Assembly (NCBI GenBank): GCA_047150005.1
Contig: AP038806.1
Span: forward strand, 3,424,001 to 3,488,000
Origin: Nitrospira sp.
GTDB lineage: Bacteria; Nitrospirota; Nitrospiria; Nitrospirales; Nitrospiraceae
Reading direction: 5' to 3'
Length of the DNA: 64,000 bases
Part shown: positions 47,735 through 57,937 of the stretch, piece by piece
Layout of the letters: every line of letters begins with the position of its first letter
How positions within the stretch are numbered: position 1 is the first letter of the stretch
The notes under the pieces: generated by a model
What the model was told of the DNA's origin: nothing
What the model saw: the letters and a program-made list of their open reading frames with translations, nothing else
Database searches by the model: none
Made by a program: the position numbers and the translations under genes

Positions 47735-50700
47735 TCATGCGTTGATGTTCGCCTCCAGCATATCGGGGTAGATCCTCCACACTTCCCAAGGATCCTTTTC
47801 CATGGTTTGTTGGAGGTTCTGTAACTCACGGCGAAACTGAGCGAAGGCAGCGGCTCCGCGGTTGTCGAGCGCGAGATACGAAAAGTCATCCATCAACGCG
47901 CGTCTGGTTACATTGAGGTTGAAATTCGCATTGACCAACCGTTGATAGACATCGAGCGGCTCGCGTCGCCCGTTCGTGTAGACTCGAACCGGTTGGCGGT
48001 GGGTCCAGAGCTGATAGTTCCAGAGAGAGGTCCCCACACTTTCATGCTGAACGGTCACCAGATAGATGAAGCGGGCAATAAGGCGGGCCACGGCGGCCAA
48101 CGTGAGAGCATCGTGATCTACCCCTACCGCATGGTGAACCCCCGCAGGGCATGGAACGAGATCATTCAAGGCCTTCACCCAATTGACCATGTCGTGGTCA
48201 TCTCGAATGCTGAGGTGAGGTGGATAATGGGCGTCGAGATAGCGCTGAACGTGCTGATGAATCACGTTAAAGAGCGCTTCGAAATTCTGTTGACTGGTAG
48301 CGATCCTGGCAGTCTTCAGGCCCTCGAGGTATTGCCGTACCCCGCGTCTCTTCGCATCCTCCTCCGGATCATTCACAAGAAAGTCGAAGCGGTTATAACT
48401 CTCCGTAAACAGCCGGCACATGCCCTCCTGCGTAAAACTAAAAATCGTTTCAAAGTCCCCATCCTCAACCATCTGCACCAATGTCACCATATAGTTGCTT
48501 TGCAGCGTTCCATAGACGTGGGGCCACAGTAACCGGCAGACCGGGTGGTCGGAAGGCAGGCAGTTTCTGGTGGCGATGGCGAGCGGTTCAGCGCTCGCAA
48601 GGTGCACCCAGTTGAAATGACGGACGAGCGAGAGATGGGTCGTGGCCGCGCAGAGCGCCAGCTTCTTCGCGAGGTCCCAATTGTCAAACCAGGGTCGCGA
48701 AGAGCGAAGAGTTCTTTCCGTGATGTTTTCGATTTCTGTGGCCTCGAGTCGGCCGGGCTGGCGGCGACTGCTGCGGAAGAACACTCTCACCCCTAGACGG
48801 TACAGCCCTTGGTGATACAGGTTCTCCGGAAGCGCGAGATCGCGAAAGTCCCATTGGTACTCTCGAAGCCCCGGCCTGTGTTCGGCGGCGGGGACTCGCT
48901 CGGTATAGCACGCGTAGGGTCCTTTGATCGCGAGCGACCCGAGGTCGGGGCTGCCTTCATATTCCGGAGGCAGATCAGGAGGATCAAAGGCTCTTCGCTG
49001 CAGAAAGGAATAGGCGGTCCGGAATGCCTCTGCCGGATTCGACGACACCGCAGGTAACGGGTTATCGTCCTGCATGGGTGAAAAAATTGAGTACAGTCGG
49101 ACCTGTATGTCGGAGAAGAAGGCCTTTTTCCGTTCTCGTTCGTCGGCCGGAATGTTGCCCGACACCCTGATGTTCGTAATCGGGATCGTCGGGAATCGTT
49201 CGTTGAACGGCACAACGGAAATATCGTCAAGCCGCCACGCCGCCTTGGATTGCCTCAGGCGGCGGTCGAGTCGGTCTGTGAGACATTTCCAGAAATGTTC
49301 AAGGCGCCTTCCGTGCAGGTGTGCGTTTGTCGCGCGGGCTTCGGCCCAGAATTTGAGCCAGACCACCTGTTTCCACCACCATCGTCGGCGAGGGGGAGGA
49401 AGATTGACCGGGCGGTTACCCGCGAATTTGAACCAGCCCACGAAGCGCCAGAATCGCCCCCGGAGGCTCCACGTTACCTCTGCGGGACGGACCATCCAGA
49501 CCGAGCCGATGAAGAGGGCCGAGAGGAGGGCCCCCCACCATGCGGGAGGGCTCGTCAACGCCAGCCAGACGAAGGAATGAAAGTCCTCTTCACGGGCCTT
49601 ATCCAGCAGAAACTTTCCGACACCTAGGGCGAAGCCCACGAGCGCGCCTCGCAGCCCCCACACAACCATCCATGTCCGGTCGCGGACCAGCACCCACGTG
49701 ACGCTGAAGCCCAGGACTGTCCCGAGTACGGCTCCAGCGCTTGCGGTGGACGAGGCCAAGGCCTCTGGAAGGTGCCATTGATGGTGGAAGATCAGATGGA
49801 GCAGCCCTCCGAGGAGCCAACCGCCGGCCGCGGCGACCGCCACCCATCCCATCATCAACAGGCTCAGTCCTGCGGCAGCGCCGATCGCGGCTCCCGCAGC
49901 GACATGAAAGCTCATGACATCGAGTGTCGCGAGAGCCGCGGTGAGGAATGACGCAGAACCACCGGCCCATTCCAGGATGCCCCATACAAGTCCCACGGTC
50001 GCAAGCGTTCCCAATGCGGCGACAAGACTATCGCGTCTTCTGCTCGGTCCCGTTCGCACGAGGGCGTCGCGCAACGCCGTGACCGCGATCACCACGGCGA
50101 GAGATGCGAAGAGCATTAATGCCGTCGAAAGGACCTGCCACAGGTCTTCGACCAGGCCGACGATCACTCCGATGACCGTGCCGATGATCGCTCCGAACAG
50201 TGTCCCAAACAGCAGCCCGTATAATGTCCGCGAGATGAAGCGGCGTATGCCGCCCTCGGCAAATATCCCCCGCAACGGTTTCCGCCCCGCATAGATGACG
50301 GCAATGGCGGCCCCGCAGAAGGCCCCGATCAGCGCCTCCCGTTCGCCCAGTCCATGAAAGAGGATTGTGAGGTCTTTGAGGCCCGAGAAAGACACCTCCT
50401 CGTCCCAGAGGTACCAGGCCCCACCGAGTATCCAGCCGACCAAGGTGCCGGTTCTGACTCGCCATGGACTCTGTTCTCGAATCAAACCGGCGGCGGCCCC
50501 ACACAAGGCTCCGATCAGTGCGGTCCTGGTCAGCAACGCGTGACCGAGAGTCACTGCGACGTCCCAGAGTCCCGACAAGAACAGTCCGTGATTCCACACA
50601 TGGTAGCGCGCACCCATGACCCACCCGATCGTCGCCCCTATACCGGCGGCAGTCTGCATCTGCTCGCGTAACGTGAGGACACGCGTCGCGAGAAAGCTGG

Positions 50701-53011
50701 TTCCGTAGAGGATCGCCAAGGTCGCCCCTCCGAAGATCGCGCCGATTACGGCCCCGTATGCGGCCGTCTCGGTGCCGAGCGACGGCAAGAATTGACTGAA
50801 CGTGAAGTGTGGCTGAGAGGCGTGGACGCCGGCTCCGATCAGCCACCCGATGAACGCGCCTCCGAACATCGGCATCTGGAACATCGACACGCGCCGCATC
50901 TCGGGCCGCGGATCGGCGGCGGCGGGGTTGGGATCGAACGGCGCGGGAGACGGGCGCTCCGTCCGCTGCCACGGGGTAAACGCGTTCCTGATATCGTCGA
51001 GCGCCGGCGCAAGATCCGGATGGTGACGAAGAAGCACGCTCTTGAAGGTGTTGTGCTCGATCCAATCCAGTCCGATCTGGGTGTAGACATCCGCGTTGAA
51101 ATCCGTGGTAATGAACCGATCGCTCTTGAGCCGACGGGGGGCCATCAACACGAATATCCGAAAGGCTGTGTCGCTGAATCCAAATCCCTTCGGGACTACT
51201 TCCGCATGGAGTCCGACCATCAGGTCGAGATCCTCCTTATCGGGATACGACTTCTTGAGCTGCCTGGCCCAGGCTTTCCGTTCCTTGATCTGGCGATTGG
51301 AGAGTCCGCTGAACCACGTAATGAGCGGGACTCCGACGAGCTGATTGTACGAGACGCAAGGAGCCATCATGAGCATCCGGCGGAAGTTGTTGTATCGGGG
51401 AACGGCGCGTTCGCGGTCGCGCATGATATCAATCGTCCCCAGATCGAGCGGCTCGCCCTGCGGAAAGGTGTGGTCTTCGTCTTTCATCCTCCTAAAGTGC
51501 TGCAATGCACGCGGGAAGTTATTCAGAGTGACCGCGCCGGGATGGGCGACACCGAACGAATACAGGAGATTGTTCACGCCGGCTCGTTCCACGAAATCTC
51601 GCGCATGGTCCCCCTGCAGGTCGTTAAAACTGCATCCCACGGCCAGTTCATCCGTTTGCAGGTCGTAGACGCGATACTCGTCGGGGATCAACGGGTGCAT
51701 CCGATACACGGAGACGAACTCCTCCGTCATATAGAAAGGGGACGCATGATGATCTTGCTCAGACGCCGGAATGCCGCTCACCTCTTCTTGCAGATCGCGT
51801 AAGACACGTAAGCGTCCGATGATTTTCGTGAATCGTTGCGTGAGGATGCCCCACCAGTTGGCCCGCATGCCTTGGTACAGCGTGGGATGGCCCAAAATGG
51901 CCGGCGTCCACTCCACGGTGTGAATCTTGGCGATCAAGGCCGCATTGATCAGGCGCGCCGTCTGAAACAGACGCTCTTCCGGCCAATGAGGGTATCCCTC
52001 TTTGAGACGGTCGCAGATGGCGTTGTGTTCCAGCGCAAAGAGCGTATGGAGCAGGTTCAGCCCGGCCCACCAGTTGTCGTTAAATCCGGTGAGATCGACC
52101 CCGGCGCGCGCGGGATCGGCGGGCAGTCGCCCCGCTACGGTGAAGAGTTTCCCGCTACCGTCGTTCTGCCGCAGTTCGCTCTGCTTTTGCTGACTGCTTC
52201 CATACAGCTGCGACGCGTCCCACCAGTGCGTTTCGGTGTTGCGGTACACGGGAAGATCGGCCAGCCCTTCAAACCGTTTCCCGGGACCGAAGTCAGGGCT
52301 CTGGCGGTCAATCGTGTCATCCGGCAACGTCGCGCGAATCTGCATGGTGCACTCGCCATCATTTCTGCCTGGCCAGTCATCCTGTGGATCCAATTCAACG
52401 GGAGGTAGTTCATTCCCCTGCTCCGGCGGCGGCTGCTGCCCCGGCGGCAGGGGAGGACGCCTGCGGTGATTGAACCAATCGTGAACCTGAAACTGAATCC
52501 AGGCAGCCGCAAGGAGGTTCAGCGAGGATGCGGCCCTGAAACGATCGCGCGTCAACAATGTCCGGCTGATGGTACGGGGATTCGGCGACAGGAGATGGGA
52601 ACGGTTGCCGGTGGCTTGCTCCCGGAACAGCTCGCTCAATCGCTTCAGCGGAAAATTCCTGGCAAAGCGGGTTTCGGCGCTGCCCATGCGCGGATCTTGG
52701 AGATCGTTGAACGTGCCGTCTGCAGTCCGGGCCGTCCGATACAGAGGGTTCCAGCGCTCTGTGCGAGGATCGGAAGGAGGAGGTTGGGTCGGCAGCAAGG
52801 ACGTATCGTAGAGATTGCGCCTGCGCATGATGAAGCGGTACATGGCAAGATTCCAAATGCCGATGTGTCGCCAGAGGTGATGCCAGGAAATGAGCAGGTT
52901 GAGTAGGAGGAAGAATGAAGCCAGAACCCAGAACAGCATGGCGGCTGCAAGGCCGAATCCTCCGAAAAATATCTTGCGCAGCAGGTCCCAGAGGAAAAAT
53001 GGTCTGGTCAT
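47735..53011 (-). CDS. Fusion of alpha-dioxygenase-like heme domain, multi-TM Gly-rich region and lipoxygenase domain
   Basis: WIQFQVHDW, KIHTVEWT, EEFVSVYRMH, DRERAVPRYN.FRR, RRLKSDRF; LOX motifs RHFNWVHLASAEP, HPVCRLLWPH, QHESVG, C-terminal NINA. Confidence 0.88.
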   Translation of the reverse strand: MTRPFFLWDLLRKIFFGGFGLAAAMLFWVLASFFLLLNLLISWHHLWRHIGIWNLAMYRFIMRRRNLYDTSLLPTQPPPSDPRTERWNPLYRTARTADGTFNDLQDPRMGSAETRFARNFPLKRLSELFREQATGNRSHLLSPNPRTISRTLLTRDRFRAASSLNLLAAAWIQFQVHDWFNHRRRPPLPPGQQPPPEQGNELPPVELDPQDDWPGRNDGECTMQIRATLPDDTIDRQSPDFGPGKRFEGLADLPVYRNTETHWWDASQLYGSSQQKQSELRQNDGSGKLFTVAGRLPADPARAGVDLTGFNDNWWAGLNLLHTLFALEHNAICDRLKEGYPHWPEERLFQTARLINAALIAKIHTVEWTPAILGHPTLYQGMRANWWGILTQRFTKIIGRLRVLRDLQEEVSGIPASEQDHHASPFYMTEEFVSVYRMHPLIPDEYRVYDLQTDELAVGCSFNDLQGDHARDFVERAGVNNLLYSFGVAHPGAVTLNNFPRALQHFRRMKDEDHTFPQGEPLDLGTIDIMRDRERAVPRYNNFRRMLMMAPCVSYNQLVGVPLITWFSGLSNRQIKERKAWARQLKKSYPDKEDLDLMVGLHAEVVPKGFGFSDTAFRIFVLMAPRRLKSDRFITTDFNADVYTQIGLDWIEHNTFKSVLLRHHPDLAPALDDIRNAFTPWQRTERPSPAPFDPNPAAADPRPEMRRVSMFQMPMFGGAFIGWLIGAGVHASQPHFTFSQFLPSLGTETAAYGAVIGAIFGGATLAILYGTSFLATRVLTLREQMQTAAGIGATIGWVMGARYHVWNHGLFLSGLWDVAVTLGHALLTRTALIGALCGAAAGLIREQSPWRVRTGTLVGWILGGAWYLWDEEVSFSGLKDLTILFHGLGEREALIGAFCGAAIAVIYAGRKPLRGIFAEGGIRRFISRTLYGLLFGTLFGAIIGTVIGVIVGLVEDLWQVLSTALMLFASLAVVIAVTALRDALVRTGPSRRRDSLVAALGTLATVGLVWGILEWAGGSASFLTAALATLDVMSFHVAAGAAIGAAAGLSLLMMGWVAVAAAGGWLLGGLLHLIFHHQWHLPEALASSTASAGAVLGTVLGFSVTWVLVRDRTWMVVWGLRGALVGFALGVGKFLLDKAREEDFHSFVWLALTSPPAWWGALLSALFIGSVWMVRPAEVTWSLRGRFWRFVGWFKFAGNRPVNLPPPRRRWWWKQVVWLKFWAEARATNAHLHGRRLEHFWKCLTDRLDRRLRQSKAAWRLDDISVVPFNERFPTIPITNIRVSGNIPADERERKKAFFSDIQVRLYSIFSPMQDDNPLPAVSSNPAEAFRTAYSFLQRRAFDPPDLPPEYEGSPDLGSLAIKGPYACYTERVPAAEHRPGLREYQWDFRDLALPENLYHQGLYRLGVRVFFRSSRRQPGRLEATEIENITERTLRSSRPWFDNWDLAKKLALCAATTHLSLVRHFNWVHLASAEPLAIATRNCLPSDHPVCRLLWPHVYGTLQSNYMVTLVQMVEDGDFETIFSFTQEGMCRLFTESYNRFDFLVNDPEEDAKRRGVRQYLEGLKTARIATSQQNFEALFNVIHQHVQRYLDAHYPPHLSIRDDHDMVNWVKALNDLVPCPAGVHHAVGVDHDALTLAAVARLIARFIYLVTVQHESVGTSLWNYQLWTHRQPVRVYTNGRREPLDVYQRLVNANFNLNVTRRALMDDFSYLALDNRGAAAFAQFRRELQNLQQTMEKDPWEVWRIYPDMLEANINA

Positions 53012-53056
53012 GCACGCCTCGGGATGACGGGAGTCGTGCTCCGGCAGCAATCTGTG

Positions 53057-55537
53057 TTAACGAGGCCAACAGGTTTCAACATATTGGAATAATGTCTGCG
53101 CGGCGTTCGGTGAACAGGCCTCAAGCGTGGCTTCCAATTGCTCGTCCATTTCTCGGGCGGACTCCTGGGAGAGTGTCCAGCCGAGTGGAAGGTTGGCCGA
53201 GGCGGCTCGGAGCCTGAACCGGATGAATCTTGCCTTTGGCCCGACCCGCTCATGCTGCGTCTGGCGCTCCACGTGCAGGGCTGTGTGGCGGCCACGCGCC
53301 TGTTGCGATCTATACATCGTGATGAAGGGCGTCACGACCTCGTCCAGATAGGTCCGACCCGGCTGCATCACATCCACCACGGTATCGACACGATCAAGCC
53401 GGAGTGTGTAGTACCGATTGGTCTTGAGCCGGTCCCTCACGGATTTCACGGCGATGAGCGTCGTTTCACTCGGAGACATCGAGGGGGTGGGCGGACAACT
53501 CCTGTGAACATCATGCAGCCGGTGAGGGCCTTCTTCCTGAAGCTCGACGCGAATGCATTCCGGAAAGATGGGAGGCACGCGTGTGTCGAGCGGGCCGATA
53601 TATCGGACGCCCACGGTGACCAGTTCAGGCTCATTGCTGATGTGTAGCACAATGGGCATGATGCCTTTGCCGCCGATAGGATCTGAACTCCAGCGATCGA
53701 TCTTCGGTCTGACCTCGCGATACACCTCTTCCAAGGAGGTCATCCCGGAATTCTCGAAATAGCCGCCGTCAACGAGATGAAGTCGCTTGTTCACCGTCCC
53801 GGCCGGACTGACAAACGAGAAACGGGCGCTGTTGTTGACTGCGGTGCTGAGTCGTACGGTCCGCGGATCGGGTGCGGCACGAAGGCCGACGTTACACTCC
53901 GGCTTGTTCAACGCCCTCGTGAGATCAATGACGTCATCGAATATGCCGGTCGCTCGTCCTGTCGAGGTCTCAAGACAGTCATCGTTACGCGGAGAACTGT
54001 CTACCTGAAGGCTGCTTGTGAGAACTCGAATGCCCTGCTCGACCGAGGTCGTATTCAGGATCAGGCCCGGCACATCGGTTTTCCTTTTGCCGAGCCAGAG
54101 GTCTTCGAACGGCTGTTCAAATCGGTTCGATGCGTGCCTTGTGACTTCGTTCCACTGCTGTTCCCAACCGAGCTCGATGCTTCGCCCACGGTCCCAATAC
54201 GGGACCGGCACGAACAGAAAACGTTGCAGGAGATCCGGATAGAGTAACGTACCGAACGTGGAAGCAAGATAATCCTGCCGCAGCATCGTTCGTGCGCATT
54301 CTAAGAACTTCGCTGGAAGGCCGCAGTCGCTCCGGCTGCCTTCGTCGGCAACAAGTGCGGTAAATATCGCAGCGCCCAAGCTTCCCCCCGATACTCCGCT
54401 GATCACGAACACATGTGATCCAAAATCCGGTCGGTCCTGCTCGATTCGAGAGAGCACGGATGCTGTCCAGTACGCCGCTCGAATTCCGCCTCCCTCCGCG
54501 GCAACAAAGAACACCGGGATAGGCCCCGGAATGGTCTTGTCGTCACTCAGGCGGCGCTGCATCCACGCGTCGAAGTGGTCCGCCACGGCCAGTCTGACCG
54601 GTTGCGCCCCGTCGGAAGGGCGGATAGTGCGTATGACGTGATTATCGTTATAGGGGCTGACCACCAACACGTAGAAAAAGAGGACACTCAGGATTGGGAT
54701 TCGGTGCCAAAGGCTCCAATAGATCAGCATCGTGCCGGGTGGAATCCAAGAGGCTGCAGCCAGCAACACGATGAATGCAGGTCCGAGCGCAGGGGCCAAG
54801 CGCAGATTCATCCAGGTGGTTTGGAAGACGATCAAGGGGATCAGAAACAACAGGACGAATGACCAGAGAAGGGCCCTGAATGTGGGAGCGGGCAGATCAT
54901 CCCGGTTTCTGTAGAAATGACCTGCTCGTGGATCTTTGATTCGGGGAATGTGCTTCGGGAGCAGTCGGTTGGCCGACTGAAATCTTCTTCTGAGGCGAGT
55001 AGCCCACACGTGACGCTTCGACACGACAAGCCCGAAGATTGCTGCGCAGATCAGATAGAACCCTCCATTGCCGATGACGAGACTGTCAGCCGTTCTCCCC
55101 TCAAGGGACCACAGAAACCCGACCGCAACCGTCAGGATGGCGGTCACACCAAGGGCACGGGGCAGCACACGGTGGTACCAAAGAATCCAGTCACGCCTTT
55201 GGGGGGCCGCATCGGCGGGGGGCCAGTGTGGAAACTGGAAAGAAACGATGACGCGGGACCAATACCACGACGCCCAAGCCCACGTGAATACACTTAGCAG
55301 AAACCAAGCATTTTGAGTCGCCCATCCGCTCTGGAGAGTTTGCAACCGAATCAGGAGTTCCTGGCCTTGCGCACTCCAGTTCAAGAGCACACCCGCCAAG
55401 ACAATGGTGAGGACCGAGAACCGGCAGAGTTTGAGCACCTGCCAGAGATCGAGGAGGGGCTCAAGGAACCGTGCGATGACGGCGGCGACGCCGTCCAAGA
55501 AGCTTCTGCAGCTCGTTTGCGTGCTCTCAGGACTCAA
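53057..55537 (-). CDS. Membrane-bound patatin-like phospholipase
   Basis: N-terminal TM helices; GGGIRA, GVSGGS, LVDGGYFEN. Confidence 0.88.
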   Translation of the reverse strand: MSPESTQTSCRSFLDGVAAVIARFLEPLLDLWQVLKLCRFSVLTIVLAGVLLNWSAQGQELLIRLQTLQSGWATQNAWFLLSVFTWAWASWYWSRVIVSFQFPHWPPADAAPQRRDWILWYHRVLPRALGVTAILTVAVGFLWSLEGRTADSLVIGNGGFYLICAAIFGLVVSKRHVWATRLRRRFQSANRLLPKHIPRIKDPRAGHFYRNRDDLPAPTFRALLWSFVLLFLIPLIVFQTTWMNLRLAPALGPAFIVLLAAASWIPPGTMLIYWSLWHRIPILSVLFFYVLVVSPYNDNHVIRTIRPSDGAQPVRLAVADHFDAWMQRRLSDDKTIPGPIPVFFVAAEGGGIRAAYWTASVLSRIEQDRPDFGSHVFVISGVSGGSLGAAIFTALVADEGSRSDCGLPAKFLECARTMLRQDYLASTFGTLLYPDLLQRFLFVPVPYWDRGRSIELGWEQQWNEVTRHASNRFEQPFEDLWLGKRKTDVPGLILNTTSVEQGIRVLTSSLQVDSSPRNDDCLETSTGRATGIFDDVIDLTRALNKPECNVGLRAAPDPRTVRLSTAVNNSARFSFVSPAGTVNKRLHLVDGGYFENSGMTSLEEVYREVRPKIDRWSSDPIGGKGIMPIVLHISNEPELVTVGVRYIGPLDTRVPPIFPECIRVELQEEGPHRLHDVHRSCPPTPSMSPSETTLIAVKSVRDRLKTNRYYTLRLDRVDTVVDVMQPGRTYLDEVVTPFITMYRSQQARGRHTALHVERQTQHERVGPKARFIRFRLRAASANLPLGWTLSQESAREMDEQLEATLEACSPNAAQTLFQYVETCWPR

Positions 55538-55598
55538 CGGTCATGACTCCCAATCCCGCCGCACACTACCGATTCCCGTGAGAGGCAACACGATCGGA

Positions 55599-57020
55599 TT
55601 AGAAATTGAGGCGAAGGTTAATGGAACCGATGTGTAAGAGCGTCTGATAATCTCCATTGACGGTCGGATTGATATTGCCCGTGATCGTCCGGGTTTCGTA
55701 TATTTGCGCCTGATACGCCAGATCCAGTCCGATCGCCCCTCTGCCTTCCCTGCCCATCGAACCGCAGGGAATCACCCCGAGAAACGATGCGTGCTCTTTG
55801 CAAAGAAGCCCGAGACCGACCGTGATTCCGTTGAAATTCGAGTCAGGAACGGTAGGATTAAAGGTCGCGTCGGGGACCGGAGTTTGTGAGCGGATATATC
55901 CCCCACGCGCCGCCACTTCCCAATTCGGCAACCGTTCAACTTGAAGCCACCGGTATTCCGTACCGATCATGACCACTACGCTGTTTTGCCAATTTTGCGG
56001 GAAGGGGAGGGTCGCCCCATTGGACAGGTTGACATTAAAGTTACGGAAGGATTGCCACCCGACATAGTCGAGATCCAATTCGAGTTTCCATTCACGCTCG
56101 CGGTTGCGAACCGGCCAGATCCCGATGCCCGCCGAGAAGATCTGAGGCAACACCGCGGTCGCTGAGGTATTCGCCGCGGTGCCTCCATTGACGAGAAATT
56201 GGCCGTTGATGGGAAGGACGGCTTGACTTCTGTACACGAGCCCAACATTCACCAACGGCTTGCCGTCTTCGTTGCGGAACGGCGTGTACATCATGCTGAC
56301 ATTGAATCCTGCTCCCGTGCCGTTGCCGTTAACCTCTAGGGGAGTGAGAGGAGGAATCCCGGGAATGCCAGGCGGGCTATTGAATTTTTGCTCGAAATGG
56401 CCGTTTCCGAGAAAGCTCGCAAACGTATAGATGTCGGCTCCGAGCCCGAAAGACAGCTGCTCGTTCAGCTTGAAGGCAATGGTCGGTTTGATGTCCATCA
56501 GAGGCAACGCCGCGCTTGTCACGGCAGTCGAGAACGGTCCGTCATTGGGGTATCGAATCTTGAGCCCGAACGGTGAGTTCACTCCGATACCGACTACGGT
56601 GTCGCCGAGCGCCTTCAGTCCCAGGTCTTTGAGGTTGGCCGTGAGGTACAAATTGCTGGGTGGCGGCATCGCGACGCTCCCCCCAAGATCTCCGCGGACG
56701 TTAAGGCCGGTCGGACTCGTGTAGCTGACGGAACCCCCTACGAGATTGGTGCCCAGGTACACTTGAATGCCGTGAAGTTGTGTCATGCCGGCCGGATTGT
56801 AATGAATGGCCGAAGGGTCGTCGGCTTGAGCAATAAACGCGTTGGCCTGACCTTCGGCGGCGGCGCCCTGTGGCATGATGCGAAAGGCTTCGGCTTGCAC
56901 CCAGCCAGGGACAACTGCATTCCCGGCGAGAACGCAGAGCATCGTCGCACAGACCCTAGTCCCGATTCGGTGGGCCGCTCGACTCTCTGCCTTCTCGGTT
57001 CTGCTCACTCCTGGATGCAT
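55599..57020 (-). CDS. fadL: OmpP1/FadL long-chain fatty-acid outer-membrane transporter
   Basis: AQADDPSAIHYNPAGM, PFGL, PD motif, C-terminal Phe; GGAGG RBS before 57020. Confidence 0.9.
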   Translation of the reverse strand: MHPGVSRTEKAESRAAHRIGTRVCATMLCVLAGNAVVPGWVQAEAFRIMPQGAAAEGQANAFIAQADDPSAIHYNPAGMTQLHGIQVYLGTNLVGGSVSYTSPTGLNVRGDLGGSVAMPPPSNLYLTANLKDLGLKALGDTVVGIGVNSPFGLKIRYPNDGPFSTAVTSAALPLMDIKPTIAFKLNEQLSFGLGADIYTFASFLGNGHFEQKFNSPPGIPGIPPLTPLEVNGNGTGAGFNVSMMYTPFRNEDGKPLVNVGLVYRSQAVLPINGQFLVNGGTAANTSATAVLPQIFSAGIGIWPVRNREREWKLELDLDYVGWQSFRNFNVNLSNGATLPFPQNWQNSVVVMIGTEYRWLQVERLPNWEVAARGGYIRSQTPVPDATFNPTVPDSNFNGITVGLGLLCKEHASFLGVIPCGSMGREGRGAIGLDLAYQAQIYETRTITGNINPTVNGDYQTLLHIGSINLRLNF

Positions 57021-57148
57021 AACGGGCCTCCCTAGCGGGACATATTCCTGCACAGTCTGTTTCCGCCTCACGAATACTGCTGGGTTACACATTCGGCATA
57101 GGGAGCAGAATCAGCATTGGAATCATGATGCGAGGAGAGAACTCGTAG

Positions 57149-57164
57149 AGCAATCCACACGCCA
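57149..57164 (-). promoter_or_regulatory. Candidate sigma54 promoter of the fadL operon
   Basis: TGGCGT-GTGGA-TTGCT (GG-N10-GC). Confidence 0.5.
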
Positions 57165-57344
57165 TATGCCAATCAGGCTTGGGCAATTTCCTCAAACCCT
57201 TGTCCTTGATTGAATTCCAGGTGGATTGTTGCACGAGGGAATAGCCTGATCTAGGCTCGACAGAATCCTTTTAGATTCATCAAGGATCGAAATGGATGCT
57301 ATTTCGTGGTTGGGATTTGGGGGCTCTTCCTTTACACTTCCGTC

Positions 57345-57926
57345 ATGCGGTTAATACTTCCATCCTCCTGCGAACCGGCCTTGCTCGAACGGTTTCTCAA
57401 AGCCGAAGCCATGGCGCTCTGGTCCGTGCGCGCGGCGCAGGTGAGGGATGTTCCTCCCGGTGTCTTGGCGTTCCTCCGCCGGCATGAGGAAGAGGAAGCG
57501 GAGCATCTTCGCGAATTCGAGGCCAGGCTCGGGGTGATCTCACACAGGCGGGAGAAGCTCCCGCGCGTTCCCAGCCAATGGTGGGCGTTGGTCATTCACC
57601 TCTACGGCTACGAGACGCTCGGACTGGAGTTTGCGAAGCTCCTGGTGCAGGTACAGCCGGATCTGCAGTCGATCCTCGAGGATGAACTGGTTCACGTCGA
57701 ATTCTTCGAGGAGGAAGTGCGGAAGGTGTTGGCTCAAGGAGGGCGAGGTGCCGTGGAGGCCGGGAAATCCGCGCAGGCTTGGTGGCGGAGATTGCCGCCC
57801 ACCGTCGATCGGTATCTCGAAGGGGAGCAACTGGCTCCCTATCGGGCTGACCTCAAACGGTTGATTCTGGAATCGATCGAAGAGCGGTTTGCGAACGTCG
57901 GGCTATTCAATAGAGTACTGAAATAA
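57345..57926 (+). CDS. Ferritin-like di-iron protein
   Basis: AEAMA, EEAEH, YETLG, DELVH (E...ExxH twice); TACACT 6 nt upstream suggests a leaderless transcript. Confidence 0.75.
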   Translation: MRLILPSSCEPALLERFLKAEAMALWSVRAAQVRDVPPGVLAFLRRHEEEEAEHLREFEARLGVISHRREKLPRVPSQWWALVIHLYGYETLGLEFAKLLVQVQPDLQSILEDELVHVEFFEEEVRKVLAQGGRGAVEAGKSAQAWWRRLPPTVDRYLEGEQLAPYRADLKRLILESIEERFANVGLFNRVLK

Positions 57927-57937
57927 GGAGCGACGGC

